The notes below the pieces were generated by a model, which had not been told where the DNA came from, ran no database searches, and was given only the letters and a program-made list of their open reading frames with translations. The position numbers and the translations under genes are program-made. A stretch of DNA of 51,805 nucleotides, counting the filler, from Basidiobolus ranarum (lineage: Eukaryota): assembly GCA_040143965.1 (NCBI GenBank). It is 3 parts of 3 records of this genome, joined end to end, with 100 filler letters (N's around TTAATTAATTAA, not from the genome) between each part and the next. Parts side by side here need not be neighbours in the genome. Positions count along the whole stretch, not along the records: positions 1 to 17,227 come from JASJQH010000311.1; 2 more parts are not named here. The stretch is one strand, 5' to 3'. The stretch's first letter is position 1, and each line of letters begins with the position of its first letter. Below, piece after piece: positions 1-12,266 of the stretch.

Positions 1-2263
1 ATTATTCCAACCAATCTTATGCGCAATATCAAGCACCCGCTACTACTACTGCGGTATATCAAGGACAGCCTACGGTTTCATCAGCTAAGTCATCTTCTAT
101 TGCGTCGACTTATTCAGTTCCGGCGAAATCAGTTTCGATTCCACCACCTCCTGTAGCTTACTCTGCTGGTCCGCCACCTCCCCCACAACAACAGCAACCA
201 CCACCACCACCACCACCTTCTCACTCCTTTAAGCCTTCGACTCCTTCACCACCTCCACCCCCACCCAGCTCCGAACTAAAACCTTCTTTTTCCGGTAGTA
301 CGAATAGCACATATTTCGGAGGCAAGACTCAACCAGTTAAGGAGGCTTACAAGCCTGCGTACACTACTGTGAAATCGAAGAAATCTACTTTACCCACCGT
401 TAGCAAGACAAACGTTTTCGAAAGCAAAAAAACTGAGACACCAAGGTTTATTTTATTTGCATATTTGTTGTTTCTCGATGATGTTTTCTTAACTATTTAA
501 ATCTTCATAGTCAACCGAAACAAAACCCTTCTTCCAGTGAGTGGCCTGAAAGCTTAAAGTAGGTCTTCTTTAATATTTACACGTTCTTTAATTTCTTTAT
601 TCATGATATACATATATTACAGGGATTATGTATCTAGAGTGTTCAGCACATGCCCTGCTGGTAAAATTGATATTGTAGAGAAAGAACTCAAGTCTCTCAT
701 TTCTGAGCATTTCCGCCGGGGCGTACTTTGGACCACAGATTGGACCTCCAAAGCCCTTCCTAAGTACTTTTTTTTACAGTCGTTTTTTAATCTTTTGAAG
801 TGATAATAACACGGTTGATTTTACCACTAGGGCTTGTCAAACTAACGAAGTTTCCAAGAAAAGACCTCAGTAAGTACTATATCTATCTGCATTGTTTTTC
901 AGCAATCTAATCTCAGTGTAGTCATAGCCAACCAGCCTCAATTCCCAACAACAAATCAGATGAAGTCAGTAAGAGGGAGAAAAGACTAAAGAGATTCCAA
1001 ACCTCTGAGCCGGCTAAGCTAGCGACGATCCCACCACCACTTCCTGTTTATAGTAGTGTATGGTTGCTTAACATACTTCATTTTAAGATAGCACTTATTG
1101 ACTGTTGAAATTAGGACGTAATTGATTGGGATGAGTATACTATCGTTGGCACGTGTACTAAGTTGGAGAAACAGTATTTACGTCTTACTTCGGTTTGTTT
1201 TATGATTAATAATACATTTGCAACTTTTCTCGTTTATTAATTCTGGATTCCAGGCACCTGATCCTGCCACAGTACGCCCGTTACCTGTTCTCAAAAAAAC
1301 TCTAGAGCTCTTGAAAAAGAAGTGGAGAGCCGAGTCCAACTACACATACATATGTGATCAGTTCAAATCACTTCGACAAGATCTTACAGTCAGTGTCACA
1401 TACGATCATCTACATTGAATATTTACTAATCTGATGTACATCTTCATAGGTTCAACGTATCAAAAACGATTTCACCGTCAAAGTATATGAACAACATGCA
1501 CGCATTGCTTTGGAGAAGGTTAGTTAATGACTTTCGAACATGGTCTAGAGTATTATTTACTTACGTTTCGGTTTTCTATAGGGCGACCTTGGTGAGTACA
1601 ATCAATGTCAAACTCAATTGAAACAACTTTACGCCTATAACATTCCTGGTCATGTTATGGAGTTTACTGCCTATCGTATTTTGTATTTTCTGCATACCCG
1701 TAACCAATCTGGTAACTTCAACCTAGAGATACCTATTTGCTTCCCCCTCCTCTACTAACCCTTGGTGTATCTAGATATTAACACTATGATGGCTGAATTA
1801 ACTGCACAACAAAAGGATGATTCAGCTGTCAAGCATGCTTTGGAGGTTAAGTCCGCCATTTCCATGTCCAATTATCATTCATTTTTTAGGCTATATCTTA
1901 CCGCCCCAAACATGGGAGGCTATCTAATGGATCATTTCGCTGATCGGGAACGTATCACTGCACTCCAGATTATGTGTAAAGCGTAAGTTCAATTGCATAC
2001 AAATTCAAGTTTGTTGTTTGAACATTCCGCTTACTTTGCATTGTCATCCTTATCCTCGTAGGTACCGACCCAATCTTGAAATTAAGTTTGTTGCACAGGA
2101 GTTGGGATTTTTAGAGTTATCAGAATGCATCACATTCTTGGACTCTTACAAAGTTACATATTCCGACTCTGAAAAGACAACATTGAATACGAAAGCCGCT
2201 TACCCTATTTTTGTAGAAGCTTCGAAGAGATTCGGGAAAGTAGATATCAAGGGACAGATATAA
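1..2263 (+). CDS. THP3: SAC3/GANP/THP3 (LENG8-like) PCI-domain protein, multi-exon, 5' end outside the window
   Basis: Spliced exons give [40 protein letters not shown]...[56 protein letters not shown], the typical Thp3/LENG8 motifs. The N-terminal part is Pro-rich (frame from nt 3). Stop TAA at 2261-2263. Confidence 0.88.
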
Positions 2264-3944
2264 AGTAGCCGGATAACAAACAAGTATGTCGTTTTTCCAC
2301 CAGAAAGAGAATATTCCTCAGTAGCATTCGATTCCTAAACCCGTCTTGGATCTTCTCTTTCTACATACCTCTCAATCATTTCAATTTTTTGTCGGGGAAT
2401 TTTTCTACTCTTTTTACACTTAATCTTTTTTTTTAAATAACTTGATCCATTCATTCTTCATCGAGAGTTGCGCTTTGCGTGTCAACATAACAAATGTACA
2501 GCTGTTTAGTCATGTTGGCAAAAGGTTCCATTATGGTGAACATTGGAGTTCTTTCGCGCCCACTGAGAATTCATGTACAACTTCCACTGGATCTCGCACT
2601 TGTTATCTTGGCCATTCTTTCGATGATCTGCACCTATTTTTATGTTTGTGCACTGACTTTCCTGGTTATCATATCCTCCACCGTCGTCTAATCCTATGTC
2701 AGCATTGGTGTGTCGTTGTTTAGTTATGTCTCCAATTCTAGTCTCCGTCCAGATATATTCTTCAGCCAAGAGCAAACCTTTGGTTAGCTTTAGATAGTAA
2801 CGGGATTTACTGAATCTGAAAGAGATATATTAATAGATACGAGGATGCGTTTATTAGGTTCATTAAATAGGGATTCACATAGAACAATTGAATAAAAGAG
2901 AAGAATTTTATTAAATAAATACTTTGGTATCCTTACTCTTTTTGGTGTAGATGGTGACATCTTTCGAAATATAGTATGGGAAGTAGAGTAAACCCAATCA
3001 TTTTTCACTCCTTAAAATATGTACGGTTTTCAGTAGGAATAATATAATAGTCAGTCACTCTAGTTTATACTAAATACTGTACGATACTATAACTGTCAGG
3101 ACTAAAGTAATAAAACCATCTTATATTTCTTTACCTCAATAAAAATTACTAAAGTACAGGTATCAACTTTAAATAAATAATAATACACTCTAGAAATTCA
3201 CACGAGTTTGGTTTACATGAAGGATTATGGCTCCATATTGAAAAGAGGTTAAAATACTCTCAAAAAAGTTTACTACGATAATCCCCTCAAATTCATTCAG
3301 TTGGAAGAAACGGCATATTTCGAGTTCATTCCGCTTTTCGTTTTACACTGAGTATAGTAGCCCGGTTTTTTTGTGCTATGGATTTGTATCGTTCATAAGA
3401 TACTTGAACTACAGTACCTAAAAATACTAACGATAGTATACTAAAGGCCAAAAGTTTTAACTACATAATTAAGTGATTAGTTTCCAAAAAAGTGGGAATG
3501 GACGACAATAGAAAAAGTTATCCTTTAGAAAACTACTTTAAACTTGCTACAGTATCAGAAACGTAAAGTAAACCAACCTGAAAGTTGTAATCGAAACCGG
3601 CAAACTCTTTACTTGTGCTTACCATGTTCACAAGATAATGTTAGTGAAAATAATCGAATTATTTATACAGTTCATTTGCTCAATAAATATAAACAAAATT
3701 AGGTTAAATATCACTACAGATGTTCCATCCAGTATACGCATAAATTATGTGATAATTATACAAGCGTTCAAAAGATATGTGACATCTGGATAAATAAATC
3801 CAAAGGAAATGGGTCTACCAGAAATTACGTATTAAAATTGGTTGCACAACTTGGTTCTTGGAGAGAAAATATTTATGCTTGAAGTTCATTGAATCCAGTG
3901 TTTCGTTGATTGTAGTAATATATTATTGTAAGATTCAATCCAAA

Positions 3945-4440
3945 AGTAATGTTCACCGCATGGTTATTCTCAACCGTCAAGATAACATAGTCATCAACAG
4001 TACGGAAAGACATAGAATATACGGTGACTCTCGGTCACAACCGAACTCGACCATAAATGATGTCGCTCAAGGTCGTTGACTGAGTAATTGCTCGATGATA
4101 TGCCGGATAGAAATGTACACCACAATAAGCGAGCTCTCACGACGAGAGCTCTGTGTGCTTCATAGTACCGATAGAAAATAGACGTAAGTCTACAATCCAC
4201 ATCAATTGAAGGTTCTCTGTCTTCAAACATTCTCTTTATATAGAGCATTTCACACCCCTTAGAATGAATAGTTAATGATCGGAAAAAAAGAAATTCAAAT
4301 AAGCCAGCAACCCATGCTGATATCAATACCATAAACATAGTCATTGTTTTGATTTTGATTTTTGGAATACATACAAAATATTAGATAATGTTGGGTGGTA
4401 CATGCTACGGATTCATTAGGTATTATTAGCTAGAACAGCT
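3945..4440. repeat. Dispersed ~450 bp element downstream of the secreted-protein genes, copy 1
   Basis: Aligns by eye with 5797-6200 (ttcaccgcatggttattctcaaccgtcaagataac; gcttcatagtaccgataga). It also aligns partially with 4446-4615 and, in reverse, with ~15680-15880. Confidence 0.85.
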
Positions 4441-4748
4441 TTATAATTTTCGGAATACATACAAAATATCAGATAGTATTGAGTGAAGAATATTATGGAT
4501 CCAATTAACTATCAACATATTCTCATCATTGGGAGTGTCCACTGCATGGTTATTCCCAACCGTCAAGATGATATATTCATCCATAGTACAGAATGGCATT
4601 GAATATTTGGTGTTCTGGAAGAATGAACTAGTTATATATATTCAGTGCTATGATAAAAATGTATAGATTTATTTCGAAAGACATGGAGGTTATATTGTTA
4701 TGTATTTCTATGGATTTTCATTCTGTCAGGAGAGGTTGACTCCGGTTA

Positions 4749-5138
4749 TTAATCATTCTTACATGTTGCTTGCTTACCCTTGTTAGGCCAGTCCTTAAGA
4801 TCAGTATCTTTAGGGTTTACTCGATGAGGGAATCCACCCTCTGAAGACTGAGGCCAAACTTCATTTCCATTCTTCTTTAGATCTGCAAGGTCTCTCTCGA
4901 TATATTCCCTGTCTTTATCAAGAGCATAGCATCCTACATCCGCAGGGCATTCAGTGGAGGTTTCAGCCAGGAAGGTTATATCACCATGATGACAAATGGC
5001 ATTCATTCCACTCTCTTCAATAATGAGTCCTGGGTAGTTTTCAGGAGTAAATAGGTCCCCTGGAGATGAACTGGGTAGACAGTGCATCGAAGATAGAGCA
5101 GTAATACAAGCAAGTGTGGAAATGAATAAGCGTGCCAT
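4749..5138 (-). CDS. Small secreted 4-Cys protein, unknown family, copy A (129 aa, acidic)
   Basis: Intronless ORF with a hydrophobic signal peptide (MARLFISTLACITALSSMHC|LP). It shares the FTPENYPGL, NAICHHG, CPxDVGCY, LKKNGNxVWP and WPNKGKQATC motifs with its paralogs in the window. ATAAATAG box at 5171-5178. Confidence 0.85.
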   Translation of the reverse strand: MARLFISTLACITALSSMHCLPSSSPGDLFTPENYPGLIIEESGMNAICHHGDITFLAETSTECPADVGCYALDKDREYIERDLADLKKNGNEVWPQSSEGGFPHRVNPKDTDLKDWPNKGKQATCKND

Positions 5139-5419
5139 GTTGTCATGTTTTTGTGGGTATGTGAATGGTCCTATTTATGTATTGCGGTTTACGAACACAC
5201 TCATGTATAGCAATGAAACATGATGTTGCATAAATAATAGACTCTTTCGCCGATTAGTTTCTTTACAAATGCATAATTCCATCGAAATCTGAGAAAATTT
5301 ATTTGGGCGCATGGCGCCAATTCTATCTCAACCATAACAACAAAATCCCAAACACTATTGCGTTTTACATTAGTGACAATTCCTAATTGCATTCTGGGCG
5401 CCTGAGAAGACGAATGAAA

Positions 5420-5597
5420 GAAATTCTAAAAATGAATCCTAGTTGTGATGATTTGACGGAAGTTGCGCTAACAAAGGCCAGTCATGGTATATATATACAT
5501 GAGTGCATATCTTAGTCCAGGATTCTTTCAATGTTGTATTAAAATAGAGCATAACTACTGCTACTACCGACTTTGTTATTACCGAGTGGGCAGGCAT
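5420..5597 (-). pseudogene. Degenerate copy of the COG4 3' end (end of penultimate exon, last intron, last exon)
   Basis: Blocks match 8693-8857. gaaattctaaaaatgaatcctagttgtgatgatttgacggaa resembles gaaattctagaatttaagtttagctatgtcatcgtggcggaa; gtgcatatcttagtccaggattc resembles gtacataccttaaaccaagaatt; accgagtgggcaggcat resembles gccaagtgggcgggcat. Confidence 0.7.
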
Positions 5598-5796
5598 ACT
5601 CTGTATACGTCATTAATCGCAATTATATTGCCCTTGAAGCTCGAATAGATAGTTTCTATACCTAGGGTACTGATATATAAAAAAATTCAAAGCGATTGAC
5701 AGTCTTTGGACCAACCACGCATCATGTAGTCTAATTGGATAAATATATACCAATGTGTCTAGATAAAGAGATTAACACTGTAGATGTTTTAAGAAA

Positions 5797-6200
5797 TATT
5801 CACCGCATGGTTATTCTCAACCGTCAAGATAACTTAGTCATCAACAGTACGGAAAGACATAGATTATACGGTGACTTTCTACCACAACTAACCTTTAGCT
5901 CCCGTGATAAGAGCTCTGTGAGCTTCATAGTACCGATAGAGAGTAGGCAAAAGCCTACAGTCCACATCAATTGGAGATTCTCTGGCTTCAAGCATTCACT
6001 TTATATAGAGCACTTCATACCTCTTAGAAAGAATAGTTAATAATCGGAAAAAAAAATTCCAAAAAACCAGCAACGCATGCTGAGATCAATGCCGTAAACA
6101 TGGTCACTATTTGTTTTGATTTTGAAATACATACAAATATTAGGGGCTGTTGTACGTGCTCTGGATTCAAATAACTATTAGTTTTAACAGTTTTAATTAA
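5797..6200. repeat. Dispersed downstream element, copy 2
   Basis: Direct repeat of 3945-4440 with an internal deletion. The ORF track gives near-identical peptides (HRMVILNRQDNxVINSTERHR) at 3858 and 5735. Confidence 0.85.
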
Positions 6201-6209
6201 CAAACACAT

Positions 6210-6281
6210 GATGAACTGAGTAGACAGTATATCGATGATAAAAAGACAATACAGGCAAGTGTGGCAATGTAAACGTGATAT
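6210..6281 (-). pseudogene. Truncated pseudogene of the secreted-protein family (signal peptide only)
   Basis: The reverse complement ATA TCA CGT TTA C-- ATT GCC ACA CTT GCC TGT ATT GTC TTT TTA TCA TCG ATA TAC TGT CTA CTC AGT TCA aligns to the start of copy D (14979). It has ATG>ATA, a 2-nt deletion and no mature domain. It retains its own ATAAATAG box at 6308-6315. Confidence 0.85.
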
Positions 6282-6439
6282 AATGTTTTTGTGAGTTGTG
6301 ATCAGGCCTATTTATTATGCTTTACGGACATGAAAATCTATATATTGATAGAGATAGATCGAGTAAACAATGAATATAAAGCTGGTCTCTTAAAAAAATC
6401 CACATCCAAAAGTACATTGCTGACAATACCGTGACTCAG

Positions 6440-6829
6440 TTAACTGCATCGAGCTGTTTGCCCTTTTCCAGGCCAATTCTTCCTTCTTGAAAACTTTGGA
6501 TCAACTGGACGAGTGAAACCCTGGCTGGTTTCAGTAGGCCATATTTTATTCCCATTAGCCTTCAACTCTTTCAGTACTTGCGAGATCTTAGCTGAATCTT
6601 TATCTAATCCGTAACAGCCGACATCCTGTGGGCACGTTGCGGTAGTCTTAGATAAGAAGATAGTACCACCGTGGTAGCAAATGGCATTCTGACCATTGCT
6701 TTGGAAAACTAATCCAGGGTAGTTTTTGGGAGTGAAAGGATTTCTCTGTGGGTTGACGGCAGTAGATTGTCCGCTAGCCATGAGTGAGAAGCTGAGAAGA
6801 GTAAAGAGAGTAATGAAAAAACGAGACAT
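6440..6829 (-). CDS. Small secreted 4-Cys protein, divergent basic paralog, copy B (129 aa)
   Basis: Probable start MSRFFITLFTLLSFSLMASG (signal peptide) at 6829, with a TATAAAA box ~45 nt upstream. Shares NPFTPKNYPGL, NAICYHG, CPQDVGCY, LKANGNKIWP and WPGKGQTARC with the family. Confidence 0.85.
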   Translation of the reverse strand: MSRFFITLFTLLSFSLMASGQSTAVNPQRNPFTPKNYPGLVFQSNGQNAICYHGGTIFLSKTTATCPQDVGCYGLDKDSAKISQVLKELKANGNKIWPTETSQGFTRPVDPKFSRRKNWPGKGQTARCS

Positions 6830-7691
6830 AATTACTGATACGCTTATGAGATTTCTAGCTAGAGATTGATCCATTTTTATAATGATTTGGTTAATCCTAC
6901 CTTGTGGTTTATTTCGCAATTACTAACCAAAGATACAGTGTTGACAATAATGTAAATGATCAGAGATTACAACTGATCTAATTAGTAAATATCCCAAAGA
7001 CAACTTTTACCAACACGTCTCTCGTATATTCAAGAATTCTTGTATCCCAACAGCGCTGTTTACAAGATTTCACGAATATGATGAGCGCGGAATCCTTTCT
7101 AGAGGCAGGAGTTGTCCATCAAATACTTGTTGCAGATTATCCGTGTGCGTAAAACTCGGATGATCCATTAGCTTCTTGTAGATAAAGTGATGTATGTATC
7201 GGATAGAAATATATTTGGTTTTTGTCGATGGAAATATAAATTCTAGTTGCAAATCATCTTTGAATGTTGCATTGTACCTGCATTGAGATAGCCATTGAAT
7301 CAACTTAAACCATGTTAAGCAAATCTCAGTGGGTACTAGTAGCCACATATCAAATGTGCATATGTGAAATAATATGCGCATGTTGAAATACGAGTATATC
7401 TGCATGGCTCTCATAATGCATAATGGTCATACTCCTTAGATCCTACTCTTGTTTGAAGATAAATTTATGTATACATATATACCAACTGTCACTCCTAATT
7501 ACTCTACTGATGTTGTATTCAAGGTACCATATAATTACTCTCATGACATTTCATTTCAAAAGGTACTAAATCTGCTTAACATGTAGACTAAGTTTTCATC
7601 CTTGAGTGTATTGATAGTTCAATGAGCTATACCATATTCCCACTACTATTGAACTCCTCTAATATTTACAAGTTTTTTGTTGAATTTTTAT

Positions 7692-8264
7692 CTAGCCCAC
7701 AACGGCGGATATTCTGTGAACATGAATTAGGCTGTATACTCTATGTGAGCGAGAGACTAAATATATGAAGAATGTAATACTGAAACAAGTCATTATAACC
7801 TGGACGTAGAGTTCTAACATTTTATAGATGGAAGGCATATGTTTATGCAACTGCACTATTTTTGATAATAGGCAGCGTATATTTGCATTTAGTAGGAAGA
7901 GTTTACCCTTGTTAGGCCAGTCCTTAAGATTAGTATATTTGGGGTTTACTCGATGGGGAAAGCCACCCTCTGAAGACTGAGGCCAAACTTCGTTTCCGTT
8001 CTTCTTTAGATCTGCAAGGTCTCTCTCGATATATCTTCGGTCTCTATCGAGAGCATAACATCCTACATCCATAGGACATTCCGATGATGTTTCCGCCAAA
8101 AAGGTTATGTCGCCATGATGACAGATGGCATTCATTCTACCCTCATTAACGATGAGTCCTGGATAATTCTCTGGAGTATATGGGTTTCCTGGAGATGCAC
8201 TGGGTATACAGTGTACGGAAGAAGCGGCAATACAGGCAAGTGTGAAAATAAGTAAGCGTGCCAT
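7692..8264 (-). CDS. Secreted-protein family copy C; homology stops at ~7903 and the C-terminus is replaced
   Basis: Signal peptide and family motifs run up to DWPNKGK, then the sequence is unrelated (LFLLNANIRC...) instead of QATCKND. The true 3' end is uncertain; GTAAAC at the breakpoint could be a splice donor. Confidence 0.7.
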   Translation of the reverse strand: MARLLIFTLACIAASSVHCIPSASPGNPYTPENYPGLIVNEGRMNAICHHGDITFLAETSSECPMDVGCYALDRDRRYIERDLADLKKNGNEVWPQSSEGGFPHRVNPKYTNLKDWPNKGKLFLLNANIRCLLSKIVQLHKHMPSIYKMLELYVQVIMTCFSITFFIYLVSRSHRVYSLIHVHRISAVVG

Positions 8265-8699
8265 AATGTGTAATGTATTTGTGAGTCTGTAGCTAACTCT
8301 ATTTATTCTGATTTACGAATATAAGCATCTATGTGATTGCTACACATCCAGCCAAACAAACAACCCAACATAGAGTTGCATATTTTACGGGCTCTTTGAC
8401 CGCTTCTCTATTTGCTAATGTATAATTATATCGGTACCTGGACAGGTACGTGGTATAAACTCTATATGAATCATAACAACAGTGTTTCAAACATTATTAC
8501 TCATTCATTGGCTGAAGATAAAACTATCACAGTTTACTTGACAAAACCAGTACTGTGTTCAAATTATTTAATGTGTACTATTGTATTGTTGTTTGTTAAT
8601 ACTATTTGATGCATATTGGTGACAATTCATCGTTGTGCTGGGAATGCGCATTGGACGCCAGTGAAGATGAATGAATTCTCCCTGTTGCTGCGAGAAATT

Positions 8700-11600
8700 C
8701 TAGAATTTAAGTTTAGCTATGTCATCGTGGCGGAAATCAGACCTATGGAGGTAACATTAGTAAGAAACAAGTTATAATTCTCATTTGTGTGTGTACATAC
8801 CTTAAACCAAGAATTTTTCGTACTTCAGACTGGGTTAATCGCCAAGTGGGCGGGCATGTTTTATCTCCCCAGTAATCATAAATATCATAAACTTGATCTA
8901 AATTGAGTAGCACTGCTATTTGATTAATTTTGGTGAACTTGTCTCGAATGGGAAGCCCAGAAATGGTGGAGAAGTAAGCATTCAATGCACGAATGTCCTT
9001 GTCTAATCTGAGTGCACCAAGCTACACGTGGTATTGTATGTTAGCAATGTATCACTTGAGATATTCAAGTGTGAGCGTTACCTGTGTAAATTTAAATTGT
9101 ACGATCATCCTTTCCCAGTCTGACGCAAAGGTCTCGATCAAGTGAGACATCAATTGTTGATAGTTGTTCTCGGTAAGATATTGCTAAGAATTGAATTAGC
9201 AAGAGATAAATGTATGACAGCAACAAACCCATGGATTACCTTAAATATCGCTATGAAACGATCGAGATTGCCAACAAATCTTTTGGTGAAGGTTTGACTA
9301 TTCTCTGACTCAACATACTCTTCTTCACTAAGAAGATATTTGACATCTTTGTAAGACTCTTGTAATATCGGACGAATCCTAGGTTTAACCCGTTGGTTGG
9401 CTAACTGAGCTAAACTTGTCTAGTGGTGATAGAGCTAGTTAGTACATAACTCTCAGAAAATCAATATATCTATCGAGATTACCTGTAGAATCTGTTTTAA
9501 TTGAGCCCCAGGGTCATTAAGTGATGCTAAGCATGTTTGGACTGTAATCTTTTCACCATCCTTGAGAGCGGACATCATCTTCAACGCTTCGTTCTGAACC
9601 TCTTCCATAAGCTTCTGCAAGTAATCACAACTGACATCCACGTCGTTTAGTAATACCTGAAGGTAGTGGTTAGCTTAATTTCATATGAAGATACGTGCAC
9701 GGTATACCATATAGATGATGTTTTCATCACGGGCTTCGGTGCTGATACTTCCAGAGAGCCTTTTCTGAAATACACCAATATAATTGTGCACCAGTACTTC
9801 ATTGATCACGGTAATCATGGCCTTCAAACATTCAACGTCGTAGGTAGAGAGTGCTCTATTACAACATTTTTTCAACAAGTAGAAGACATCATCAACAGAG
9901 CTTGAAGTATGATTGCCATTCTCATACTCGTCCATCTTGATGGCCTGAAAGGAGTCTCTTTAAGTAGCTGCTAAAAATTGTAAACATATGCAAATGAACC
10001 TACTCTTTCAACAGACCGCGTTAAGTAGAAGCTTTCCATTGCGATACAATCACCCGTTAATTCTTGTACTAGCGCAGCCAGTTCACTGGTACGTAATAGG
10101 CCATGTTCATCATACGCCTCAGCATTCTCCGAAATGAGAACATCCTCCGCTTGATGCTTGGACTTCAAAATACTAATCTCACTCTATCACAATGGTGTCA
10201 GATCAAATCAAGATACATCCAAGTCATGTCATCTACTAACCTGTGCTCTAGAACGCATAAACCGTTGATAGAGATGCACTCTCTGACAGATCATTACGAG
10301 TTCGTTAAGCAATAAATCCAAGGTTTTAGGCTCAGGTATCGCATCACTTGCTTTATTTTGAGTCGGAGGTTTTTTACTAGCATTATTGAAGGCGTTGATC
10401 TCGGCAATCTAAACCATGGGTATTGACAACATAAATACAAGCTGGTATCACCTCGGAAAAAATTGTAAACATACTCTGCGCGATATCTGGCGCTCTTCAC
10501 GGAAAGAGTCGATAATCCTTCTTCCTCGCGTGATTCCCTCTTCTTCCAGTCTTTGGATCACTCTAAGCACTTTTCCGGGTCCGTAATGACTTTCAATTAC
10601 TGGGGTATGTTGATCAATAATAATGGCGATTGTCTCGAACAGATTCATGAGAATGTCAGGAAAAAAAGTAGCAGTGGACACTAGGGTAATTGCGATTACT
10701 AAAAACGATTCAAAAGATATAGTAAGAGATACGTGAAGATTACCTGGTTTAGCCAAATTCTCTTGGGCTTGCTTGGAGATGATCCCGCACACATATTGTG
10801 AGTATTTATCTAATCCTTGCTCTTCTTTACCCATCAATGGGAAAAGTTTGAAGTACCGTCCAATATCTTTTTGATTATCTGCGCGTACTGCTGCTTCAAA
10901 TTCATCAATAACCATTGAAACAATTTTGTTTCGGGCATTTTCGAGAAGTTCTCTAGGGTTATCCTCATATTCTGCAGCAGACTATTAGTACTAAGGGTTT
11001 AGTGTGATTACTGGTACATTATTACGCAACCTGAAAGAATACCCACCACTGCAAAGTAAGCGAAGCCCTCATCAAATATCAGTGGATCCAATGAAAGATA
11101 CCGGCGTATTAACGTGGCTCCGCTTTCATAATCCTTGGTCTCAATGGCTAAATGAAGACCATTTATACATTCCTAGAATCAATGAAAAATCGTAAATAAT
11201 TACGTTTATGAGGAAAGAAGGTAAATAGAAATTTCAAAGTACCCTAAGCTCTTGAGTATCTCCTATTTTCTTAATTGCCTCTTTGACCGCATTCTGTAGG
11301 CATAAGTTTTAGTTCTGGTGAAAAAGGATGTTTTCACTGTGTTGCTAAATTTGCCTACCTGCTCAAAGTCCAATTGACGAACTTTGTAACTGATATTTTC
11401 AGCTGTGTACGAGGTCTTGATAATGTTTTCAACCATGTTTTCAGTTTCGTTTGAGATTTTCAGTAATTTTGGCCTTTGAACCAATAGATAATTTTAAATA
11501 ACATTAAAACAGTGACTTGATATCACTTATTTCTAACTTGCATACCTTATCACATTCAAACCCTCTAGTGCATCGTATACATCCGATTTTGAAGCTAAAA

Positions 11601-11757
11601 CTTGATCTAATTCAGAGTCCACCAAGCTTTCCTCTGCATCCAATAATCTTAGGGCTTCTTGGATATCTTCTAGATTGGTTAAGCTTTGCAACTCCACCAA
11701 GTCTAACTTGGCTGGGTGCTCAGAGAATCGCGTACTTGTCTCCATTGCGACAGTCAT
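8700..11757 (-). CDS. COG4: Conserved oligomeric Golgi complex subunit 4, multi-exon
   Basis: Motifs AENISYKVRQLDFEQ, RYFKLFPLMGKEEQGLDKYSQYVC, SSSVDDVFYLLKKCCNRA, LRLDKDIRALNAYFS, RDKFTKINQI and WRLTQSEVRKILGLR. The last exon (8700-8742) reads SDFRHDDIAKLKF*. Start MTVAME at 11757 (or the next Met). Confidence 0.92.
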
Positions 11758-12266
11758 AAGGAAGTTATGTGTATCGTCAGCAATTAGAGTTGAGAAACTA
11801 AATAGTTTGACCAAATTATGATTATTGTGATTAAATTTATATCAATATCCTGCTTATTGTTTTAACTTGCACAGACAGTCCATACATGCTAGTTTGTGAT
11901 AATCATGTTGTTACCTCAAACTCGACCGCTTGTTTTATTGAAATGGCATCAGAGAATTTCAATGTATTTTAACATATCTACCTAAAACTACACTTGACAC
12001 AATTGGAATAGCTAATGGAGTTGGTACTCAGGTCTCAGCTTATCCCACGATTTATGATGGTTGCGAAGATGGTTACCTCAACCTCCATAATAACGATAAA
12101 TCTAATTAACTAATGGGAAATAGTCAAGCTGGCCAATCAATCGCGCTCTTACCTTTTCATGCAATCCAATGGCAAATGTTTGTGTATTTCGAGGTAAGAT
12201 GATAAAGTAGGTGACTTACACAATTCATTGTCCACTTCTGTTCAACCTTGAACGAAACCACCTTTC

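Noticed and set aside
140-270. CCA/CAA trinucleotide runs
   Set aside because: They encode poly-Pro/Gln in the THP3-like N-terminus and are not an independent repeat element.
2442-3008. Overlapping short ORFs downstream of THP3
   Set aside because: No motif or splice structure that I could support; probably chance ORFs or an unidentifiable relic.
5201-5392. ORF with a WDFVVMVEIELAPCAQ peptide that recurs near 14750 and 16760
   Set aside because: It lies in the duplicated promoter and the other copies have stops or indels, so the similarity is explained by the duplication.
6830-6919. 30-aa N-terminal extension of copy B in the ORF track
   Set aside because: It starts at TTG and overlaps a TATA-like box; the signal peptide and paralog length point to Met at 6829.
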